A stretch of 62,752 nt of DNA, counting the filler, from Nemertoderma westbladi (lineage: Eukaryota; Animalia; Xenacoelomorpha), in assembly GCA_032718475.1 (NCBI GenBank). It is 3 parts of 3 records of this genome, joined end to end, with 100 filler letters (N's around TTAATTAATTAA, not from the genome) between each part and the next. Parts side by side here need not be neighbours in the genome. Positions count along the whole stretch, not along the records: positions 1 to 17,750 come from JAUCBJ010000352.1; 2 more parts are not named here. The stretch is one strand, 5' to 3'. The position numbers and the translations under genes are program-made. Of this stretch, positions 1-9,812 are shown in pieces. Every line of letters begins with the position of its first letter. Within the stretch, counting starts at the first letter, position 1. The notes under the pieces were generated by a model. That model ran no database searches, was not told the origin of the DNA, and saw only the letters and a program-made list of their open reading frames with translations.

Positions 1-1104
1 CCCGAACCCCGAAGGGATCGGTCATCAGGAAAGCGGTACGGCTTGGCTAAGGGTCGGTCCAGTCGGTAGACCCGGTTGCGTGTCTGTCCCACCCTTCCCG
101 AACCCCGAAGGGATCGGTCATCAGGAAAGCGGTACGGCTTGGCTAGGGGTCTGTCGTGTCGGTGGACCCGTTTGCGTGTCCGTCCCACCCTTCCCGAACC
201 CCGAAGGGATCGGTCATCAGGAAAGCGGTACGGCTTGGCTAGGGGTCCGTCGGTTCATCGCAGGGACCCAACCACCTAGGCTTTCCGAGTCCTTATTCAG
301 GCTCGTAGTCGCTTCGGTAGCCGAGAAGCTGCTCTGAATAGTCGGTAGGCCAGTGGGGTCCGGTCCTTTGTCTTTCGACCCCATTGCGTGTCCGTCCCAC
401 CCTTCCCGAACCCCGAAGGGATCGGTCATCAGGAAAGCAGTACGGCTTGGCAAGGGGTCTGTCAGCCCGTCGTGAGCGCCAATGGTTGGTGGTTTTCCGA
501 GTCCTTATTCAGGCTCGTACTAACGCCGGTCGTGGAACCCACTCCAGGAAGGCAGTCCTCGTCGAACCCTTCCTCCGTTAGTCGGTCGACCCGTTGCAAG
601 TCCCTGGCGTATGTCGGCAGGCTTTCCGAGTCCTTATTCAGGCTCGTACTAACTGCCGGTGACCAGGGACCGCTAAAGGTCTGTCTGTCGGTTCCCGTCG
701 CAAATCCCTGACACAAGCAGCAGACTTTCCGAGTCCTTATTCAGGCTCGTAATAACTGCTGTTGGCCAGGGACCGCTAAGGGCAGTCCTTGTCCTTTAGA
801 CCTAGCGAGTTACCAAATCCACCTCTAAAGGCAGCAGGAAGTTGGCTAGGCCTAATAGTAATCAGGGAAACCTGAATACTGCTTAACTTTGCCTCCCACC
901 CCTAAATGGCCCTGGCCCTTAAATACATGAAATGAGTCCCGTACCCCGTAAGTCGCCCCAATATTCGCCCATAAATCGCCCCCAGTCCATTGAATGTGCC
1001 CAAATCCTATGTTCCCGCACCCAGTAGTGATATCGGAATATTCACTTAAAATAAATCCAAAAAATATTCAACTCGCGTTAAGAAAAGTTGAAATACCGCA
1101 AACA
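1..1104 (-). repeat. 3' LTR of element 1 (truncated by window start)
   Basis: Colinear with 12660-13742. Begins TGTTTG on the minus strand at 1104, directly after a purine tract. Confidence 0.92.
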
Positions 1105-1115
1105 GTCCCCCCCAA
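1105..1115 (-). promoter_or_regulatory. Polypurine tract (PPT) of element 1
   Basis: Minus strand reads TTGGGGGGGAC|TGTT immediately before the 3' LTR, the usual BEL/Pao arrangement. Confidence 0.8.
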
Positions 1116-1283
1116 TGACCTTCGTGAGGTCTATCGGTAGATCGAGTTTGCGTAGGTCATTTCCCATATAAAAAACCCAAATTTTAATATTGCATAGTCT
1201 TGATTAATTTGTCCTAGAGTTAGTTTATGTAAATATATAGAAATAAATGTTTGATGTAAATGTTCCTGGAATATCCTGGTCCT

Positions 1284-3890
1284 CTATTTCTTACTCTGAT
1301 ACGCCTTTCTCCTCTTCGCCCGTCGACTCTCGGCGATCGCCAGTGCTGGTAGGGGAGCATCAACATCCATCGTGAGTAACGTTTCAGCTTGTCTCCTGGC
1401 GGCTCTTCCTTTCGATGGTAGCGGGATCATATCCGTCCGTCTTTCCAACTCGGTATTGCGTGCCTCTAGGAACCACTTTCCGTCACTGAACTCTTCCATA
1501 TATGAATATAAACGCCTAAGGATCTCGAAGGGGCCGAATAATCCAGCGCTTAGTAATAGATCCACGTAATGGAATGGCAACGTCGCTGTCGTATGGAGGC
1601 GTTTCGGGAACGAAAAGTACCCGCACACCATCTCTTGTGCGATATTTCGAGCGCTTCTCCGCATTTTGGTCTTTACGTGGTTGTTTGCGTAGGTTTCGAA
1701 CATAACCTTATTTCCCATAGCGGTAACGTCCTTCATAGGACATTTTATATTACAGCGGGGGCTAGCGGAATGTCCACGGAAACCGCATGTTGTGCAGAGG
1801 TTGTAAAGGATAGGACAGACTGAAACATCGTGACCCGATGTCGCGCAATAGGGACAATAAAGTATCCCAAGGAGCTGGAGGCACGAATCGGTAACCCGAT
1901 TTCTTCTACCGCGTGGGCACTGCTCCGAACCGCAGTTTCCGCACACCTCCAGTTGCATCTCCCGGCCGACGAATATCGGAATCGGGATGCCGGCGTAATA
2001 CTCGAGTCGTCGGTTGCTTTTAGGAATATTCGCCGTGGCCGGTAGCCCGCGAAAAGCTGTGCTTTGGCGTAGTAGGTTCTCGTTTCGATAACCTTCTTTA
2101 TATCCTGCCGGACGCATCCCGGGTGACCGTTTCTGTCGGTGGATCCATTCGGTCTGCTCGGCATACCACCGGGTAAGTCGCATAGGATCTTGTGGAACGG
2201 AAGGGGTCGTTGCCACAGCTGGTCGGCGAAGAGGTGCCGGGGCGTTCGACGGAGGAATTCCGAGGAGATCTATGGGAGTAGGCGCAGTGCTGGGACCCTT
2301 TTCAACCTGTATCGCTGAGCGGGTCCGTTGGGTGCTGGTACTTGGGATCTCCGAAGACCAGTCTTCGCCCCCCGGGAACGGATATGGAGATAACCTCTGG
2401 CATATGTTGCCAAAGTCATTCAACGCGAAGGTAGTTACTAACTCCCTCGCGGGGCTACCGGAGCCAAGTGGGGTTGATACGCCTGCTTCCGTCGCAGGTT
2501 CGGCCGAGGCGACCCGTTTGGCGGCCGGTTCGTACGCGACTTCCGGATCGAGTTGTCGCTTTGGGGTGGACAGTAGAACACCTTCCTGTAACCATAATTC
2601 CTCCCCATCCGAAGAAATCAGAGGTTCCTCCGCACCTAGGAGATCGGTAATCGTAGGGATGTCGAACGGCCCATTCTCGTCCCAGGATGCGATGACGTTG
2701 AGCGTTTTCGTCTCTCCCGGTGAGATATTCTCTACCGCTTTGAACGCGTGGTCGATAATTTCGTTCCACTCATAGTCGATAAAGGATCTAGGGACCGCCG
2801 TAATGAGACTATCGAGAGTTTTACAGATGAACTTAGTGTGTAACTTAGTGTATGATTCCATTATGACGTAGATGTAGTTCCGTCGCTCCGGATTCTCCCA
2901 CTTGTGGTGGATCGTCCACTTTCTTTCAACGTCCTTCCAGCGACTCTCTCGCTCACTCTTTATTTCTAATTCCGGGTACCCACCATATATCTTATTATAA
3001 TCCTGGAATTTCTGGGGTTTAAAGTCTATACCGCCGTTTAGCACTGCGAGGTAGCCGATACCGGATTTCGTCCGTCTCACCTCTCGGAATCATCGCATGA
3101 ATTCGGCGGATCGTAACCAGGCTAATAGTGTTTGGGTGTCGACGCAATGACTAATGGCGTTGAGATCTTCTCGACAGTTTCTTCCGAAGGGAGCATTAGC
3201 GTAGTCGTTTCGGACATCCGCCTTTATATCCGACCCGATTTTAATGATGTCGAAGTCAAATAGGATCTGTTGGATCTCAGGTGGTAGTAGCCAGATCGCT
3301 CCGGCTGTCCGCACCTCCTGTTTGGATGTCGGAAATATTCGACATACCAACACCAAACCGTCTAGGGTTCCGAGGACGACGACCAAGGATCGACCATATT
3401 CCTTCGTCCCATACTTCTCCTGGTAGTCGTTGCGATTCTGGATAACTGATATACGTTCCTCTTGTAGCGTTGCCGTACATTCCGCTAGGTTTCCCCAGTG
3501 GGTGAGGTACGTACTCTTGTCGTCGACGAAACTTTGGCATCGTGCCAACGTAATCGCTTTCGAGGTGGGCGTCGCGTTTCCCTCGTTGTCGTATATCAAA
3601 CATCGGGATTTGTAGATGCTTTGCTGGAACATTTCCCAGAACGACAACTCATCTCCTCCGGTTGCCTTTGCATTCCGAGTTCTTTTCAGTCTCGTACTAA
3701 CATCGGTCAACCGGAGCTCTCGTAGATTACGGGAATCCGGTCCCTCTCGCCCGGAGAATTTAACGACTCGCACATTCTCATTTATCAGGGCGTTGCATTT
3801 TGTATCAAAGTTAGGGGATCCAGGTTGTGGATATTCCAGTAGATCTATTGTATTACGTAGTTCGCCGATAATTTGGCGATTTGGGTCCAT
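1284..3890 (-). pseudogene. Element 1 ORF3 copy B: DEDDy-like 3'-5' exonuclease + linker + triple Zn-knuckle-like domain (~868 codons, one in-frame TGA at 3090-3092)
   Basis: ORFs 3090..4067 and 1284..3080 are in the same frame; copy A has GGA where B has TGA. Motifs: LIYDNEG (3579-3590), LPPEIQQILFDFDIIKIGSDIKADV, VDTQ, SGIGYLA, YVIME, then CGNC..YCPYCATSGHDVSVC..CTTCGFRGH. Confidence 0.8.
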
Positions 3891-5502
3891 TTGGGTCGGT
3901 GCAGCGCTGGGACCCTTCTCGACCAGTATCGCTGAGCAGGTCCGTTGATTGCTGGTACTCGGAATCTCCGAAGACCAGTCTTCGCCGCCCGGGAAAGGAT
4001 ATGGGGATAACCTTTGGCATATATCGCCGAAGTCACTCAACGCGCAGGTGGTGATTAACTCCCTCACAGGGCTACCGGAGCCGCGTGGGGTGGAAGCACC
4101 TGCTTCCGTCTCAGGTACGGCCGAGGCAACCCGTTTGGCGGCCGGTTCGTATGCAGCTTCCGGCTCGAGTGGTCGCTTTGGGGTAGACAGTAGAACGCCC
4201 TCATGTAGCCATAGTTCTTCCCCTTCCCGAAGAAATCAGAGGCTCCTCCGCACCGAGAAGATCGGTAATCGTGGGGATGTCGTAAGGTCCGTTCTCGTCC
4301 CAGGAATCGATAACGGTGAGTGTTTTCGTCTCTCCCGGTGTAATTTTCTCGACCGCTTTGAACATGTGGTTTATAACCTCGTTCCAGTCGTAGTCGACAA
4401 AGGAAAGAGGAACCGCCGTAATGAGGTTATCGAGAGTTTTACATATGAACTTAGCGACGGTGTAGGACTCCATAATGACGTAGATGTAGTTCTGTCGATC
4501 CGGATTTTCCCACCTTTGGTGTATCGTCCACTTCCTGTCAATGTCCTTCCATCGACCCTCTCGCTCGCTCTTTATTTCCAATCCCGGGTATCCACCATAT
4601 ATCTTATTATAGTCCTGGAATTTCTGAGGTTTAAAGTCGATGCCGCCGTTTAGCACTGCGAGGTAGCCGATACCGGATTTCGTTTGTCTCACCTCGCGGA
4701 ATCCTCGCATGAATTCAGCGGATCGTAACCAGGCTAGTAATGTCTGGGTGTCGATGCAATGACTAATTGCATTGAGATCTCCTTTACGGTCTCTTCCTAA
4801 AGGAGCGTTCACGTAGTCATTCCGGACGTCCGCTTTTATATCCGACCCGATTTTAATGACGTCGAAGTCGAAGAGGGTCTTTTGGATTTCCAGAGGTAGC
4901 AACCAGATCGCTCCGGCTGCCTGCACTTCCTGTCTGGGTGTCGGGAATATTCAACACACCAATACCAAACCGTCCAGGGTTCCGAGGACGACGACCAAGG
5001 ATCGACCGTATTCTTTCGCCCCATACTTCTCCTGGTAGTCGTCGCGATTCTGGATAACGGATATCCGTTCCTCTCGTAGCGTCGCCGTACACTCCGCTAG
5101 GTTTCCCCAGTGGGCGAGGTACGTACTCCTGTCGTCGACGAAACTTTGACATCGCGCCAACGTCATCGCTTTCGAGGTGGGCGTCGCGTTTCCCTCGTTG
5201 TCGTATATCAAACATCGGGATCTGTAGATGCTTTGCCGAAACGTTTCCCAATACGACAATTCATCCCCTCCGGTAGCCTTTGCGTTTCAAGTTCTTTTCA
5301 GTCTCTTACTAGCATCGGCCAACCGGAGGGCTCGTAGATTCCAGGAATCCGGTCCCTCTCGCCCGCAGAATTTGACGTATCGCACATTCTCATTTATTAG
5401 GGTGTTCCAATCTGTATCAAAGTTAAGGGATCCAGGTTGTGGATATTCCAGTAGATCTATCGTATTACGTAATTCGCCGATAATTTGGCGATTTGGGTCC
5501 AT
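3891..5502 (-). pseudogene. Element 1 ORF3 copy A: diverged tandem duplicate of the exonuclease half (two TGA stops, one +1 frameshift near 4220)
   Basis: MDPNRQIIGELRNT start occurs at both 5502 and 3890 (offset 1612). ORFs 5287..5502, 4951..5259 and 4201..4926 are in one frame and match copy B. Confidence 0.85.
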
Positions 5503-6049
5503 ATTTACAATTATGTCCGTTGCAAAATTATATCAGTTAATTATTAAACCAGAAAGTCTGATTCTATAGTGATTGCAGAATAATTCAGTTTTATTTTTAA
5601 TTCAGTTCATTAAATAACATTGCTATATAGGCATCTACCATCTTATTGCTAATACATTCAGCATTTACAGTTACTATAGCTATACATTAATATCCAACCA
5701 GTTTTGACTTTTTATGTCCTCTTCTTTGTTCTAATTCTTTTCTTTTATATTTTATACTTTTTTTTGTCTTTTTTCATTTCTCATTATTATTTCATCACAT
5801 TTCATTTATTTCAACACATTTCATCATTTAGTTCCACCATTTCATCATTTATTTCACATTTCATTTATTTCCACATCATCATTGGGGTTATAGCCCCCCA
5901 GCTATCATCATTTGTTATAAGCGCAGCACCAGGGTGCGCATCATTTCATTTTCATCATCATACGCGTCATCATTCGGTTTATAGTAATGTCGTCTGTTTC
6001 TTTTCATCATTACCAACTATATTCAATCATCTTCTTTGGGAAATTTCCG

Positions 6050-6480
6050 TCGTGGAAGGGGTGTTATGTGGCAATCTGGGATCTACAGCTGGGCTAGTTA
6101 CACCGCCTACGCCCCAAACTGCACACGTAATGGACAATGAAGACGCTGGGAGTGAAGTCACGTGGATGCACCAGGGACCCACCAGAATAACACTCCCAAC
6201 AACATAAAGCTCAGTCGACGAAATCATATGGGATAGGGTTATACAACATTCTGGGATCTACAGCTGGACTAATTACACCGCCTACGCCCCAAAATCCACG
6301 CAACGGTCCCACCAGAATAACGCGACTGAGAAACATAAAACCCTCTATTGTCGAAGTCATGTGGATGCACCATGGACCCACCAGAATAACGGGATAGAGG
6401 GGGTGTTGCACGGCAATCCGGGATCTACAGCTGGATTAGTTACACCGCCTACGCCCCGAACTGCGCACGCAACGGACAAC
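6050..6480. repeat. ~170-bp imperfect tandem repeats in the pol-ORF3 spacer of element 1
   Basis: GGATCTACAGCTGG..TTACACCGCCTACGCCCC at ~6079, 6254 and 6421; CCCACCAGAATAAC at ~6178, 6308 and 6377. Confidence 0.85.
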
Positions 6481-6751
6481 ATAACATACTACAATGGATA
6501 CAATGAATTCCACTTCAAATCTTTACCATTACCAATAATCCAATGTCATTGGTCCCGATGACCAAAATCAGGGTAAACAATACATAAACGAACCCTGTGT
6601 CAGTCGAAACATCTGCAGGGTGACGCTGGACTCCACATAACACACGAGGAAACACAAATACCATTGCGTGGTTACAGTTGGTTTAAGGGGGGTCCATTTT
6701 CATTGTCAGTAAATCACAGTTTAAAGAGTTTGTCAACAGGATGAGAAGGGT

Positions 6752-7930
6752 TTAAACGGGTTTAGCATTGTCACCAATGTCCGCAGCAGGATCTGGAGTA
6801 GGGAACTTATCACCTCTCGTAGAGTCACCGCTGTCATTGCCTTCAAGAAGGCACAGCCTCTGGATAGGGCGTTGGTAGTGGCCCTTTGCCGTTCGTATCG
6901 TCACGGTCCTCGCAAGTCCATCTTTGCTCGGTTGTATTGCAACGACTCGCGCCACAGGCCAGTGGACGCAGTCTTTGAGGTCTTCTTTGACCAGCACCAT
7001 GTCGCCAACTTCGACATTCCTGTAGGTGTTGTTCCACTTCCTCCTGGTCCGGAGGGTTATGAGGTACTCCTGGGCCCAGATTCTCCACCAATGCGCTGCC
7101 AACGCTTGGGCCTTCTTCCAGTTAGTATGTCTCGCGATATCGTCGGGATCCGGAAACATCGTCTCTGGGAGAATATGGGTTTTGGGTCTTCCCAGTAGGT
7201 GGTTAGGCTCCAGGTCTGTGGGGTCGTCGCGGATAGGGACAATGGGCCGGTTGTTCAGGATAGCCGTGATCTCGCAGAATGTTGTGCGGAGGGTGTCGTT
7301 GGTTACCCGTGTGTCCCCTAATGCGACGCGCATGGATCGTTTTACCAAGTCGATGAGCTTCTCCCACACTCCGCTCGTATGGGGTGCTAAGGGTGTTTGG
7401 AAGTGCCACTGTATATGGTGTTCCCTCCAGACTTGGGATGCGGTGTCTTTGGTGAACCAACCCTCGATCGCCTCTCTAAGTTCTCTTTCTCCTCCCACAA
7501 AGTTTGTACCATTATCGGAGTACATATAACGACATGTTCCATTGTTTGCCACGAACCGAAGCAGGGCGTTGATAAATGCATGTTGCGTAAGGTTCACTAC
7601 GAGGTCTAGGTAGATCGCCCTAGACCTAAGGCAGGTAAAGATGGCTCCCCAGCATTTGATGTTGGATCGTCGCTCAATGACTGTGAATGGTCCGAAACAC
7701 TCTACTCTGGTTACATAGAACGGCGGGGAATCGGACTGCAGTCGTGTGGCTGGTAAATCGGCCATTCTTTGTGTGAGCGGTGGCGCTAGATATCTTCTGC
7801 AGGGAAAACAACGTTTTAACACTTTCCGGATCAGTGGCTGGATGTGGGTGATCCAACATCTTTGCCATATATTAGCCATAATCCAGTTCTGTCCTGCGTG
7901 ATGGTTTTCCTCGTGACACTGTTGGATTAA
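6752..7930 (-). pseudogene. BEL/Pao integrase (HHCC, DDE core, DUF5641-like C-terminus)
   Basis: CHEENHHAG...CFPC; VECFGP (first catalytic D replaced by E); YSDNGTNF; GVWEKLI; EYLITLRTRRKW..VGDMVLV..WPVARV..DGLAR. Confidence 0.93.
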
Positions 7931-8163
7931 TAGCTTGGCTAGTGTTGACGTTCCGGGCTGAAGCGCTGGGTATTAGACTTCGTATTAAACCGGGGCGTTT
8001 GCCATCCGGGTATTCAGTGGAATCAGTCCGTCTTCTCCCATCAATGGTCTCAATTGGTAGACTGGACTGTCTGGTTTTAAGGTCTTGCCCACTCGTCAGG
8101 GAAACTTACTTTCTGGACATATCTAATAATACATTTCTCCGCAATGATGCATTCTTGTATACT

Positions 8164-9758
8164 TCATCGAACTATCAGTTTGTTGTCTTTCCACCGCAGG
8201 AAGTTGCGAAGGGTTATGACGTGGAGGATGAGACGTCTCATTGAGGAGGTTCGCTCAATCAATAGTTGTAAAGACGCCGTTGGTTGCGTGATAGTCGCGA
8301 TATTATAGTGCCTGCCCGAGTCCTTTGCAGGCTCGGTCAGACAACTATAGATCTCCACTGTGGCGCTTCTATGGACTTTACGGATCTCCTTGTCGTCTTC
8401 AGAGTATTTTCCGCTATCTAGTTCGGGATTGAATCGGGTGCTCCAGGTTAATTGTGGCTGCTGTAGGAATTCCGGGCCTGTAAGCCAGAGTTTACTTTTA
8501 CTGAGTTGTCTTGGGGTGGCGCCTCTGCTCGATAAATCCGCTGGGTTTTCTTTCCCGTTTACATGGTGCCACTGTTCTCGGCGGTGCACTGTTTTATCTC
8601 AGTGGCTCGGTTCACTACAAACGTGGTGTGTCGCTGTGATGGTGAATGGAGGTCGGTCACCGAACAGTAACCTATGGAGTTTGCGTTCCCTTTGATCTGG
8701 CATTTAGGGAGATATGTATAGGTGTCGGTAGTCTCCTTTTTGATGCAGCAGAGTGTCCATCCCATGATTGTGCGTTCTGCATAAAAGCCATCGTCCGGCT
8801 TTACAGATCGGGCGAAGTCTCCGGTGGGTATGTGTAATTCTGATATGTCGAGTCTGATCAATAGGGTGATTCGGTTCACATCCAACGGTGGACATCGTAG
8901 GTCTACATCTTCCCGGTCTAGCTGTATGAGGGGTGCGTATTCAGCTGATTGTCGGAACTGCACTCGGAGATCGGTGTGTACCAAGGCGTTCTTGATCGTC
9001 AGCTTGTCCGTCTCGTAACCCTTCATAACTCCTTCCATCTTGAGTTGCACCTCCCCGGACTCTACTTCTCTATGGTCGGTGATAGTTTGTATGGGCCATT
9101 TGCAAGGTTCGTAGTCTAGGCCTAGTTGTTCGAGGAAATCCCGGTCGATGATGGTTCCGTCCGACCCGTTGTCAAGGAACGCGAGCGTTGTTAAAGATTT
9201 CCTGACCCCTTGAATTCTTACTGGGATCACTTTGGCAAAGACCATGTAACGGCAGTTTATAAGGTTGATCGTAGCCGAGATATTTGTCACATGTGATCCA
9301 TCGGTGGAGGTCTTAAACGGATTGGTTTCCCTCCATTGAATCGTCCGGGTACCTTTAGAGACGTGGTTCATTTCTCCACTTCGTTTGGCTTCGATCCAGA
9401 ACGGGAGGGTGGTAAAATCAAAGTTCGCAGGGATGTGGAGGAGTGTGTGATGACATATGTCATTACAGACCGCGCAGCACAATCTTTGCTCGCAATCCCA
9501 AACATAGTGACCTGTTCCGAGACACCGGAAGCATCCTCGGTGTTTCATTATTGCCTCGAAGCGTGGGACGAGTTCAGCAAACTGGAACTTTCTGCAGAAT
9601 TCCACCTTATGTTTCTCTCCGCAGAAAAAACATAGAAGGGAGGTTGCGGTGCCTTCCCTTTCGGGTGCCCAATTCGCTACATAACACGCCCATGCCTCGG
9701 CTGATGTCAGTTCCTCGTCGTTGGAATCCTCGGCCATGGTGATGGCCATCGTACTCAC
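8164..9758 (-). pseudogene. BEL/Pao Gag Zn knuckles + aspartic protease joined directly to the RNase H C-terminal end (RT deleted)
   Basis: CFFCGEKHKVEFC / CFRCLGTGHYVWDC / CAVCNDICHHTLLH, then LAFLDNGSDGT, then FVVNRATEI and WHHVNGKENPADLSSRG with no YxDD region between. Confidence 0.9.
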
Positions 9759-9812
9759 CGGAGGGGGGCGGAATCTCGGTTTCGGAGTGGGTGCCCTGCT
9801 CCTGGAGTTGTT

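Noticed and set aside
173-247. Hammerhead ribozyme or SECIS in the LTR repeat (CUGAUGA-stem-GAA)
   Set aside because: GAAG instead of GAAA and no stem I/III partner with a UH cleavage site; the upper helix is too short and lacks the apical AA of a SECIS. A simple hairpin or k-turn fits better.
76-716. Short ORFs inside the LTRs (also 12552-13364)
   Set aside because: Products of GC-rich repeats in several overlapping frames, with no domain features.
282-757. Regularly recurring ~30-bp repeats with unique spacers resembling a CRISPR array
   Set aside because: Spacers are 70-180 bp and irregular, the block is duplicated as an LTR, there are no cas genes, and the context is eukaryotic.
5704-6207. 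Hydrophobic 167-aa ORF as a possible membrane or env protein
   Set aside because: Antisense to the element and produced by a T-rich low-complexity tract; non-ATG start.
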